Positions 37,491 to 45,663 of a DNA stretch of 58,678 nucleotides are shown one piece after another. The notes under the pieces were generated by a model. The model was given only the letters and a program-made list of their open reading frames with translations, was not told where the DNA came from and did not search any database. Where the stretch lies: the NCBI GenBank assembly GCA_964230945.1, contig CAXRJJ010000049.1:1-58678 (forward strand), read 5' to 3'. Each line of letters begins with the position of its first letter. The stretch's first letter is position 1. Position numbers and translations under genes: made by a program. The DNA is from Yoonia sp. GTDB taxonomy: Archaea; Thermoplasmatota; Poseidoniia; Poseidoniales; Poseidoniaceae.

Positions 37491-37812
37491 CGCTCATACT
37501 ATTCAGGGCTGCGCCGATTCCTACAGCATCCATGCCGGCTGCAAACATTCTATCGACATCATTTGGTCCTAGACCTCCGACCGGAATCAGTAGGATTTGC
37601 GGGTACATTTCTCGTAATTTCAACATATCCTCCATTGTCCAATTATTTGTCGCATGAAAGAGTTTCAACGCTTCGGCCCCTTGAGATATCGCTTCTCTAG
37701 CCTCTGAGATATTTGCAACCCCTGGAACTGCAAGGGTGTTGAACCTCCTGCATTCGCTGATGAATTCTGGAGGGTTAATTGCGGAGAAGAAGAATCTGGC
37801 CCGTCTGTGCCT
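37444..37812 (-). pseudogene. eda: Remainder of the KDPG aldolase domain, in the same frame directly after the TGA. This is either a nonsense-disrupted gene or a read-through product.
   Basis: Hand translation of 37812 down to 37444 in the frame of the upstream ORF has no further stop: RHRRARFFFSAINPPEFISECRRFNTLAVPGVANISEAREAISQGAEALKLFHA...IPVGGLGPNDV...GIGAAL. This aligns to the Eda consensus GAxFxxSP...PGVxTxSE...GxxxxK(F/L)FPA...PTGG. Confidence 0.7.
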
Positions 37813-38985
37813 TCATTTCATTATCTGTCTTAATGGGTATGTCACGGTTCCCATTCCGAGACATATATTGCGTTCATGTTCCTTGAAAGCAGAACAAAGA
37901 GCGGTAGCTCTAGGTGTGTCAAAAGAGAATTCCAGAGCCTTGGCTCCTGCTTGTATCAGCCGTTCAGCAAGCTCTCTGGCCTCTTCGTGGTCATCGCTTC
38001 GAATAATCGGTATGACTCCTGCTCTTGTTAGTTGACTTCGGGTTCTAATCATGCTTCTTGTTAGCAATGGATCTTCACTCTGAATCATAACTTGGTCTCC
38101 AAGAGTGGATTGTTGCAAGGCTGCGACCTCATCTGCTCTACGCGCCCCCCATTCCTCAACTTCCGAATCCCCATATCCAACCAATGCACTAGCGCACCAA
38201 GCATCGCCTGAACCAAGATGTTCGATGGGTAAGTGAACAACAGGATTTTCTCTTGTTGAAATTACGTCTCTTGCATTGGCAATTATGCTCCAACGCTGTT
38301 GGAATCCCTGTCTTCTACCGTGAAAAGGCTCCTTTATGGTACATCCAATTCGGTTGATAAGCCACTTTCGACAAACTGCCTGTGCCTTTTCTTCGAGGCT
38401 ATCTCCATACAATTCTTCTCTTTCACAAATCCATTCAAGGTCTGAAGCGGACAAAAAAAGGAAATGCACCTTGCGTAGATGCGGCTCGATATGTTGCCAT
38501 AGTTCTTCGCGGCTGGCCAAGACAGGTCGGTGATTGATATCCAAACTGATTTTCACACCATCAAGTTCAGCGAATGTCAAGGCTCTGTTCCATAGTGACT
38601 TTGGTCCTTCACCTAGAAGTGGTGTGATTCCAGTCAAGTGAACCCACAAATTTCCAGAAAGAATGTCGCGTAGTGGGATATCGTCAGCATCCATCTTTGC
38701 GAAAGCAGATTCCGATCTTTGGTATGCGACTTTGCCTTCATCGACAAGGACGGTGTATTCGCCGACTTCTCCTTGTGAACGGAATATCAGACAATCCACT
38801 CCGAAATATGCTGCATGATTCACTATTCCTTTGTCATCTTCAGGCAGTATGCTCAGCCAAGTAGCATCCCATCCAAATTGAGTAATCGCCGTGGCGACAT
38901 TCATTTCGGCGCCGCCCACACTTTGGAAGTCCGAATCTGACATGTTTCGAAGCATCGCTTCACCGATACAGATGATGTCAGCCAT
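37813..38985 (-). CDS. kdgK: PfkB-family sugar kinase (2-keto-3-deoxygluconate kinase-like) fused to the N-terminal third of a KDPG/KHG aldolase, ending at an in-frame TGA
   Basis: Kinase motifs are ICIGEAMLR...GGAEMNVA and HLGSGDAWCASALVGY. The aldolase part is VIPIIRSDDHEEARELAERLIQAGAKALEFSFDTP...CLGMGTV, then the stop at 37813-37815. Confidence 0.8.
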   Translation of the reverse strand: MADIICIGEAMLRNMSDSDFQSVGGAEMNVATAITQFGWDATWLSILPEDDKGIVNHAAYFGVDCLIFRSQGEVGEYTVLVDEGKVAYQRSESAFAKMDADDIPLRDILSGNLWVHLTGITPLLGEGPKSLWNRALTFAELDGVKISLDINHRPVLASREELWQHIEPHLRKVHFLFLSASDLEWICEREELYGDSLEEKAQAVCRKWLINRIGCTIKEPFHGRRQGFQQRWSIIANARDVISTRENPVVHLPIEHLGSGDAWCASALVGYGDSEVEEWGARRADEVAALQQSTLGDQVMIQSEDPLLTRSMIRTRSQLTRAGVIPIIRSDDHEEARELAERLIQAGAKALEFSFDTPRATALCSAFKEHERNICLGMGTVTYPLRQIMK

Positions 38986-38994
38986 CCCTTCACC

Positions 38995-40089
38995 TCAGAT
39001 GTTGAATCTCAACAAGGCTACGGCTCCACCGAAATGAATCAGTTGTTGACCGTCGTCATGTTCGGTTGAGCATTGTACCAATTTGGCGCCAATATCGTTC
39101 AATCCTTTACACCATTCACTCCATGCCTTTCCTTCAATAGTTGCATCTGAGCGCAAAGTTTCAGCGCTGATGAGCAATGTTTCGATGGCTCCTTCGGACA
39201 TGGCCTTTGCCAGACTTTCTTCTCCATATGCTACCGGTTCATCAGTAGCTATTCTACGCCAGCATTCGCCAAGCAATTGCATCTCATGCACCAGTCCATG
39301 TTGTTCTAGAAACTCTCCCGCTAAGCCTGAAGAGAGGACTTCGTTAGCCCCTGGCCTTCCGCCAATCGATGTAGCAACACTCTTCAGTTCACGTCCTGAA
39401 TCTTGTAATTCTGCAAGCATCTTGTCTCTCGCTAGTCCAGGTCCGCATAAGAGCAACGGCATCTCCTCTGCCAACTGCATGTGTATATCTCCTGCCACTT
39501 TGCTGCGAAATGAGTCTTGAACTTCCTGACTGGCTTTACTTCCACCAGTATATTTTCCGCCCCCCCTGAGGGTGAATTGCGCGACTTCCCTGATTCCGTG
39601 CGTTGCGACCTCGAATAGATTCACTTCGTCATGTTCCACCACTGCAATCGCTAATCTTCCCTTGCCCGTTTCTTTAGCAGATCTCTGTAACAGATCGAGG
39701 TCGGTCTGTGGGAATGACTCTGCACGAATCTCTACCTCATCTCCAACTGATATCATGTGAGTATGGTGGCTACCTTTGTCGATTGGCGCCTCTTCGATAA
39801 TTCCATGGACTCTTAGGACATCGCTGAATGCATGGTTTTCATGACTCTCTATTCGCAAAACTATCCACATCCGTTTGCGTTCAGCAGCCTTGGCCCTCCC
39901 ACCTTCTTGCCCGGCGGTAGTTTGGTCTCTTCTTTCACCTAACATGCCTAGTAGTCGGCCTTTTTGGCAGAGGTGCCCTAGTGTCCACAAGTCATCGATA
40001 TCTGCGACGCGGACGCGCCACAGGTCGGGCTCGCGTTTGATGACCTTCAGGCTCTCACCGGCCGCTCTTGCGCGCCCGACAGTATTCAA
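38995..40089 (-). CDS. pelA: Pelota (Dom34) / aRF1-family mRNA surveillance factor
   Basis: N-terminal ...DIDDLWTLGHLCQKG... is the Pelota DDLW motif region, and the central and C-terminal domains are eRF1-like. The start is uncertain (TTG 40089; no nearby ATG). Confidence 0.7.
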   Translation of the reverse strand: MNTVGRARAAGESLKVIKREPDLWRVRVADIDDLWTLGHLCQKGRLLGMLGERRDQTTAGQEGGRAKAAERKRMWIVLRIESHENHAFSDVLRVHGIIEEAPIDKGSHHTHMISVGDEVEIRAESFPQTDLDLLQRSAKETGKGRLAIAVVEHDEVNLFEVATHGIREVAQFTLRGGGKYTGGSKASQEVQDSFRSKVAGDIHMQLAEEMPLLLCGPGLARDKMLAELQDSGRELKSVATSIGGRPGANEVLSSGLAGEFLEQHGLVHEMQLLGECWRRIATDEPVAYGEESLAKAMSEGAIETLLISAETLRSDATIEGKAWSEWCKGLNDIGAKLVQCSTEHDDGQQLIHFGGAVALLRFNI

Positions 40090-40108
40090 CCTGCCTTATG
40101 CTGAATCT

Positions 40109-41824
40109 TCAACTGAATAAGCCGGTTAAGTTTCCATCTTCGTCCATATCCATGTCCGCAGCGGCTGGGCGTTTAGGTAGTCCAGGCATTGTCATCATCT
40201 CTCCAAGAACTGCGACAACAAACCCTGCGCCTGCATTCAATCGGAATTCTCTGATTGGAATTTCAAAATCGGTTGGTGCCCCCAATAGGTCTGGATCATG
40301 GCTGAAGGAATATTGCGTCTTTGCCATACAGACCGGGATATTTCCGTACCCCCAGTCTTCCAGTTGTTTGAGTTGTCTGTGCGCTTTGGCAGTAATGTTG
40401 ATACCTGCTCCTCCATAGATTTGAGTTGCGATTTTCAAGGCCTTTTCCGCAATTGTTGTATCCTTTGTGAACAAGGGCGTGAAAGGTCTGCCTGCTGCGA
40501 GATGTTCCTGAGTTGCTGCAACGACTGCTTTAGCCAACTCCAAGCCTCCAATTCCTCCTCTAGAGTGCCCATCGAATACGACTACGTCTTTGGCGCCCGA
40601 ATCCAATGCTGCTAGTTTCAATGCATCCAGTTCTGCTTGGGTATCGGTATGAAATCGGTTGATGCTGACAACTACCGGCATGCCGAATTGTAGCATGTTT
40701 CGAATGTGCCTGTCGAGATTGCTCCTCGCTCCCTTTTCTACAGCCTTTGGATCAGGTTTAGCCATCTCCTCTGACGTAGGTCTTCGTGAGGCCTTCTTTC
40801 CAAGGGCGCCTCCATGGAGCTTCATTGAGCGTACGGTCACGTTGAGTACGACGCAATCAGGTCCTCTTCCACTGGTTGCTGCTTTGATGTGCATGAATTT
40901 CTCTGCACCCATATCAGAACCGAACCCAGCTTCTGTGACCACATATTCGCTACAGTCCAAGGCCACTCTATCAGCGATAATGCTGGAGTTTCCATGCGCT
41001 ATGTTTGCGAAGGGGCCTCCGTGAATGAAGGCAGGGTCATTCTCAATCGTTTGTACCAGATTAGGTAAGAATGCGCTACGAAGCAATAGTGCCATTGCAC
41101 CAGCGGCTTCCAACTGCTCTGCTCTAACCGGATTTCCCGATCTATCTTGCCCAATGATGATGTCACCTAGCCGATTACGTAGATCTTTGTAATCTGAAGC
41201 AAGAACTAGAATGGCCATCACCTCGCTTGCCGCAGTAATGTCGAACCGGTCCTCTCGAACGTAGCCATTGGCCGCACCGCCTTTGCCTACGGTGATGTTG
41301 CGCATTGCTCTATCATTGAGATCTACAACTCTTGGCCAGGTAATCCTTAGGGGGTCTATCTCCAACTCATTTCCATGTTTGATATGATTGTCAATCATTG
41401 CTGAAAGCAGATTGTGCGCCGAGGTTACCGCGTGCAAATCTCCAGTCAAATGCAGATTGATATCTTCCATGGGAAGAACCTGTGAATGCCCACCTCCTGC
41501 AGCCCCTCCCTTGATTCCGAATACTGGACCCATGCTGGGTTCTCTGATTACACAGCAAGCATCGTTTCCATTTCGATTGAGAGCCTGAGACAATCCGATA
41601 GTGGTAACAGTCTTTCCTTCCCCAAATGGAGTGGGATTGACCGACGTCACAAGAACTAGATTTCCTTGTGGCAGTTCCAGTCTTTTCTTGATTCCAGACC
41701 AAGTTACCTTGGCAACACCGTTACCTAGTCTATTCACTTCTTCGATCGGAATGTTGAGTTTCCATGCTATCTCTTCTATGGGTAGCATTGTTGCATCCCT
41801 AGCAATCTCCAAGTCACTCTGCAT
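40109..41824 (-). CDS. fhs: Formate--tetrahydrofolate ligase
   Basis: MQSDLEIARDA..., PTPFGEGKTVTTIGL, and the FTHFS family layout throughout. Start re-picked to ATG 41824 (the track uses TTG 41839). Confidence 0.92.
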   Translation of the reverse strand: MQSDLEIARDATMLPIEEIAWKLNIPIEEVNRLGNGVAKVTWSGIKKRLELPQGNLVLVTSVNPTPFGEGKTVTTIGLSQALNRNGNDACCVIREPSMGPVFGIKGGAAGGGHSQVLPMEDINLHLTGDLHAVTSAHNLLSAMIDNHIKHGNELEIDPLRITWPRVVDLNDRAMRNITVGKGGAANGYVREDRFDITAASEVMAILVLASDYKDLRNRLGDIIIGQDRSGNPVRAEQLEAAGAMALLLRSAFLPNLVQTIENDPAFIHGGPFANIAHGNSSIIADRVALDCSEYVVTEAGFGSDMGAEKFMHIKAATSGRGPDCVVLNVTVRSMKLHGGALGKKASRRPTSEEMAKPDPKAVEKGARSNLDRHIRNMLQFGMPVVVSINRFHTDTQAELDALKLAALDSGAKDVVVFDGHSRGGIGGLELAKAVVAATQEHLAAGRPFTPLFTKDTTIAEKALKIATQIYGGAGINITAKAHRQLKQLEDWGYGNIPVCMAKTQYSFSHDPDLLGAPTDFEIPIREFRLNAGAGFVVAVLGEMMTMPGLPKRPAAADMDMDEDGNLTGLFS

Positions 41825-41883
41825 GGGACTTGCTCGCAAAGGGTGGCTTCTTGAGCGTTCCCTTAACTAAGGGACTCAAGCGT

Positions 41884-43287
41884 TCATTCCTTGTCTTCAG
41901 TAACCGTTCCAAGGTAGGATGGCAACTCGACTCCAGCCATCTTGGCAACATCGTGCATTGGGGGTAGACTGTTGATGAAATTAGAGACAAAGTTTGCAGT
42001 GTTTGAACCATCTGCTCCACCTGAATCCCACACGGTGATCTTGTCGATCTGTAGGTTGCTGATGGCTTCGACCTGTCGTGCCACAATCTCCTCAATCTTC
42101 TCGACCATTAGTAGGGTTGCTGCAGCCTTGGCATCTCCACCACTTGCTGCTACCAACTTCTCGTATCCTGATGCTTTAGCGTTCAATACCTCGGCAATTC
42201 CCTCGGCTTCAGCACGGCGAATCGAAAGAATAGCGTCTGCTTCTCCTTGAGCGGTTCTGCGGTTTCTTTCTGCTTCTGCTTCGGCAGCAATTTCGATTTG
42301 GGTCTTGGCGATTTCTTCGCGTACGATTTCTTCGGCACGCAGCCTCTCTTGTTCAAGCATATACTGTGCCTTCTGAATCTCGGTCTCGGCAGTTCTGCGA
42401 GCGACTTCTGCTCTCCTGAGTGCCTCGGCTTCCTTCTCAGCCAGACCAGCATTGTAATCGGCAATGTTCGCCTTTGCTTGGTTCTCACCATCGATACCAA
42501 CGGCTTCTTGTCCTTGCACGTAAACACGTTCATCGACTTCTGCACCTTTCTTACCTTTCTCGGCTTCAGCCTGGTTCTGGGCGACGGCAACTTCTCTCTG
42601 GCGGTCTGCCTCAGCCTGTCCTACTGCACCATCCCTCTCGGCTTCTGCGACATCGACTCGTGCCTTGTTGACCGCTTCTGCAGCAGCCTTCTTACCGATA
42701 CTCTCGATGTAATCTGCCTCGTCAGTAATATCGGTAATGTTGACGTTGATTAGGTACAGTCCAACCTTGTTCAATTCAGGCTCGACATTCTGGCGGATGT
42801 ATTCAAGGAAGGATTCTCTGTCTTGGTTGATCTGCTCAATCTTCAGAGAAGCGACAGTTAGCCTGAGTTGACCGAAGATGATTTCCTTGGCCATCTCCTC
42901 AATCTGCGCTGCTTGTAGTCCAAGCAACCTCTCTGCAGCATTCTGCATGATTGCCTTGATGGTACTAACACCGATAGTGAAAGTGCTTGGAACGTTGATT
43001 CGGATGTTCTGCAGAGAGAGTGCATTCTGCAGGTCGATGTTAATGGTCATCGGTTTCAAATCAATGAAAGCATAGTCCTGAAATAGTGGCCATACGAATT
43101 TACCACCACCGTGGTGACATTGTGCGAATTGACCTTCACCAGTCTTACCATAGATGACCAAAATTTTGTCTGATGGACAACGCTTGAACCTCGATGCATA
43201 AAGCAATAGGGAAAGCGCAAACAAGCCAATAAAGGCCAAAATCGCTATTGTCATAATTCCAGTTCCATCATCTGTTGCCATTTTCAC
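41884..43287 (-). CDS. Flotillin-like SPFH/Band-7 protein (YqiK-type) with a long Ala/Glu/Arg coiled coil
   Basis: It has an N-terminal TM helix, an SPFH domain and an extended AEAE/RRAE repeat region. The start is GTG 43287 (overlapping the upstream stop) or ATG 43281. Confidence 0.85.
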   Translation of the reverse strand: MKMATDDGTGIMTIAILAFIGLFALSLLLYASRFKRCPSDKILVIYGKTGEGQFAQCHHGGGKFVWPLFQDYAFIDLKPMTINIDLQNALSLQNIRINVPSTFTIGVSTIKAIMQNAAERLLGLQAAQIEEMAKEIIFGQLRLTVASLKIEQINQDRESFLEYIRQNVEPELNKVGLYLINVNITDITDEADYIESIGKKAAAEAVNKARVDVAEAERDGAVGQAEADRQREVAVAQNQAEAEKGKKGAEVDERVYVQGQEAVGIDGENQAKANIADYNAGLAEKEAEALRRAEVARRTAETEIQKAQYMLEQERLRAEEIVREEIAKTQIEIAAEAEAERNRRTAQGEADAILSIRRAEAEGIAEVLNAKASGYEKLVAASGGDAKAAATLLMVEKIEEIVARQVEAISNLQIDKITVWDSGGADGSNTANFVSNFINSLPPMHDVAKMAGVELPSYLGTVTEDKE

Positions 43288-43883
43288 TCACTCTCGCTTG
43301 TTTGTCCATAAGGAACCACCACCATTCTCCCAGCGATGATTTCCTTGACTGTAACTGTATCTCCACTCTTGAAGTAGGCTTCCGGATCCTTTGCAACTGC
43401 ATCCAAGGTTCTCATTGCTCCTTGGACCTCTACCTGCACCTGCCCTACTTCTCCGGGTTTAATTCTCATGTATACAGTGGCATTCGCACCAACTGCATTG
43501 TCGATATTCATGTTGCCACTGCTCTGTACACTGTAGAAGACTTGGAACATCTTACCCATGGTCCACATTGAAGCACCTCCCGCAGCGGTACCGGCTAATA
43601 GAGCGACCATTTGATGCATGTCTGAACGTGAAAGAGCCAGTCCTACAAGTCCGAACATCAAGACGAATGCGACGATTCCCTGAAATGTGAATGCCTTGAA
43701 TGAAAGATCCGCACCCATGTCTACGTCGACGCCAACACCATCCAATAGGCCGCCTGCAAGACCTCCAATCATCAGTAAGAAGAACCAGGCGATGAACAGT
43801 AAACCTCCTACCAATGCTGCTGAAGCGAACAACAGGTCGAGCCCTGTTACGTCCCCTAATCCAACCCATTCGAAGAGATCCAT
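43284..43883 (-). CDS. NfeD-like membrane protein (YqiJ-type), flotillin partner
   Basis: Gly/Leu-rich TM helices are followed by an OB-fold-like C-terminus, GEVGQVQVEVQGAMRTLDAVA...GDTVTVKEI. It sits immediately upstream of the flotillin gene, as in yqiJK. Confidence 0.7.
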   Translation of the reverse strand: MDLFEWVGLGDVTGLDLLFASAALVGGLLFIAWFFLLMIGGLAGGLLDGVGVDVDMGADLSFKAFTFQGIVAFVLMFGLVGLALSRSDMHQMVALLAGTAAGGASMWTMGKMFQVFYSVQSSGNMNIDNAVGANATVYMRIKPGEVGQVQVEVQGAMRTLDAVAKDPEAYFKSGDTVTVKEIIAGRMVVVPYGQTSESE

Positions 43884-43885
43884 GT

Positions 43886-44179
43886 CTATGCCTTCCCCTG
43901 CTTCTTGTTATCTGCACTCATGGCCGAGGTTTTGTTCCTTTCCCTGTCCCTTCTAAGTAAGTCCCATTCGATGAATTTACGTTCCAAGGTAACTAATGGC
44001 CCAAGAGATAGTCCAACAATGATGGCAATCCAGATGGTGGGCACCTCCATTGCAACACCTGCTGAGATCAGTAAAATTGGTGCTAATACCCACAGGGCGC
44101 GGCGGATGAAAACCCAATATCCTCCTAATACAGACTCATGTTTATCGTCGTCAATCAAGCGATTGAGAGCGCTGGACAA
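43886..44179 (-). CDS. Small 2-TM membrane protein, unknown function
   Basis: An ORF with two hydrophobic helices and a basic C-terminal tail, tightly packed in the NfeD/flotillin operon. TTG start, uncertain. Confidence 0.45.
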   Translation of the reverse strand: MSSALNRLIDDDKHESVLGGYWVFIRRALWVLAPILLISAGVAMEVPTIWIAIIVGLSLGPLVTLERKFIEWDLLRRDRERNKTSAMSADNKKQGKA

Positions 44180-44188
44180 CTTTTCACC

Positions 44189-44539
44189 TCAAAACAAGAA
44201 TTGAGTGCTTAGCCAACAGATTGCGAACCAGATGAAGGTAATCATCAAGGATGAATTATCTCTTGTTGCGACTGGCCTCTCAACAAGAATTCCCTTTTCA
44301 TCTCTGACCAGTTCGGTTTTCTCGTGCTTATTGTAGCCCTGCAATTCGGACAAGGCTCCATTCCTCTTTTCTTGAATCCAGAAATATCCTGCGAGTGCAA
44401 TCATCGCAGCTCCGCTGGAACCAAATAGTGTGGTCAGAGGGCCTTTGAGTTCGCCCCACATTCCAAACATCATGAACAACTGGGTTAATCCCAGCAATAA
44501 CCAGATGAGCGAACCGTTGTTCTTCATCTCTATCAGCAT
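44189..44539 (-). CDS. Small 3-TM membrane protein, unknown function
   Basis: Hydrophobic helices LIWLLLGLTQLFMMFGMW, AAMIALAGYFWI and LMITFIWFAICWL. It is the first gene of the minus-strand operon. Preferred start ATG 44539. Confidence 0.5.
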   Translation of the reverse strand: MLIEMKNNGSLIWLLLGLTQLFMMFGMWGELKGPLTTLFGSSGAAMIALAGYFWIQEKRNGALSELQGYNKHEKTELVRDEKGILVERPVATRDNSSLMITFIWFAICWLSTQFLF

Positions 44540-44622
44540 GTCCAATCGTCGCTGTCATATGAGGTTGGTGCCGGATAGTTCGCTTGGGTTTTGTTCAAGT
44601 GCTCTATGTCAAGTCTCGCGCC

Positions 44623-45618
44623 ATGGTGGCGGTCCGCTACGGTAGTGCCGGCAATCCAATTGCTCATTCGCTATCTCCGGTGTTGGCGCGATTGGTCATG
44701 GCACACCTCGCTGGAGAGGGCGACGGTAAGAAGAGTGCAGACATGCAGATGAAGCGCGTGATGGTAATTCCTGCCTCAAAGGTTGAGGATGCATTGGCCT
44801 GGGCATATGTCGATACTTTGCCCAACCCTGTAGATTGGCAATTGACCGGAGCGGCGATAGATCGATTCGCTACAACCTATCGATTAGACAAAGCCATCGA
44901 AGAGGCTACAGAAGAGGTATTAGAGTGCCCTCCCGAATTGGCTCAGAAAGGTGAAATGCCACATCTCCCGGTAGGGCCTGATGGCATTCCCGGCTCTCCT
45001 GAAGAGGTCTGGCTTTCCTTGACTTCGCCGTTGAAACACCAACTTGGTTCTGCATCTTTGCGCAGAGTAGATGATTCCAAGGGTATCGAGAGCATCAATT
45101 CCTTGCGTTGGAACAACCGCGAATGGTGGGCTGCATCTACTGATGGTCCAGGTTTGGTATTAGTTGCTGAGCATATCGGCATCAACATGGAGGACTCTCC
45201 GGTTCTCGATATGCGTGGTGGAGGAGGTGCTGCGCGCAGCGTTGCTTGGGCTTGGTCGGCAGAAGGTGGTCGCCTGCGTTGGCTGGGTGGGCGCAGAGAA
45301 TTGCGAGAGGACGGTCCATGGGAGGCATCGGTAGTGGATGAAGATGTAACTCCTGCTTTGACCGTTGATTTTGAGGATCAAGGTCTTGAGGTTGAAGGTT
45401 TGCTCATGAATGCTAAATATGCTCCAATGAGTGGCAATTATACTGCCAGAATAGAGAAATTAGCGGATATTGAGAGTTCAATTGATGGGAGGTGGATGCT
45501 CGCTGCACAGCACTTGATTTCGTGGTCTACATTGTGGAGGCCGGATATTCCACATGAACTTCCAGATCTAGGCCTGTTGCTAGCTAGATTGGCTCATGTT
45601 GAAGCATCATTCGAGTGA
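44623..45618 (+). CDS. aroE: Shikimate 5-dehydrogenase-like protein (divergent, with an insertion)
   Basis: Motifs GNPIAHSLSPVL, LTSPLKHQ (catalytic Lys motif), STDGPG and a Gly-rich GGGGAARSVAWA. Preferred start ATG 44623. Confidence 0.65.
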   Translation: MVAVRYGSAGNPIAHSLSPVLARLVMAHLAGEGDGKKSADMQMKRVMVIPASKVEDALAWAYVDTLPNPVDWQLTGAAIDRFATTYRLDKAIEEATEEVLECPPELAQKGEMPHLPVGPDGIPGSPEEVWLSLTSPLKHQLGSASLRRVDDSKGIESINSLRWNNREWWAASTDGPGLVLVAEHIGINMEDSPVLDMRGGGGAARSVAWAWSAEGGRLRWLGGRRELREDGPWEASVVDEDVTPALTVDFEDQGLEVEGLLMNAKYAPMSGNYTARIEKLADIESSIDGRWMLAAQHLISWSTLWRPDIPHELPDLGLLLARLAHVEASFE

Positions 45619-45663
45619 CCGTGGAAGCGTTTCATTCAAATCATTGGGTATTCAGGAAGTAGC

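Noticed and set aside
37813-37815. Selenocysteine or a reassigned genetic code as the explanation for the in-frame TGA in kdgK-eda.
   Set aside because: TGA terminates several other well-supported genes in this window, so it is not reassigned. The aligned position in Eda is not a catalytic Cys/Sec site, and I saw no obvious SECIS-like hairpin. This cannot be completely excluded without a genome-wide search for Sec machinery.
42247-42753. A 168-aa plus-strand ORF antisense to the flotillin gene.
   Set aside because: It is the mirror image of the Ala/Glu/Arg coiled-coil coding repeats (GCx/GAx/CGx read antisense), with a low-complexity Phe/Leu/Cys/Ser translation.
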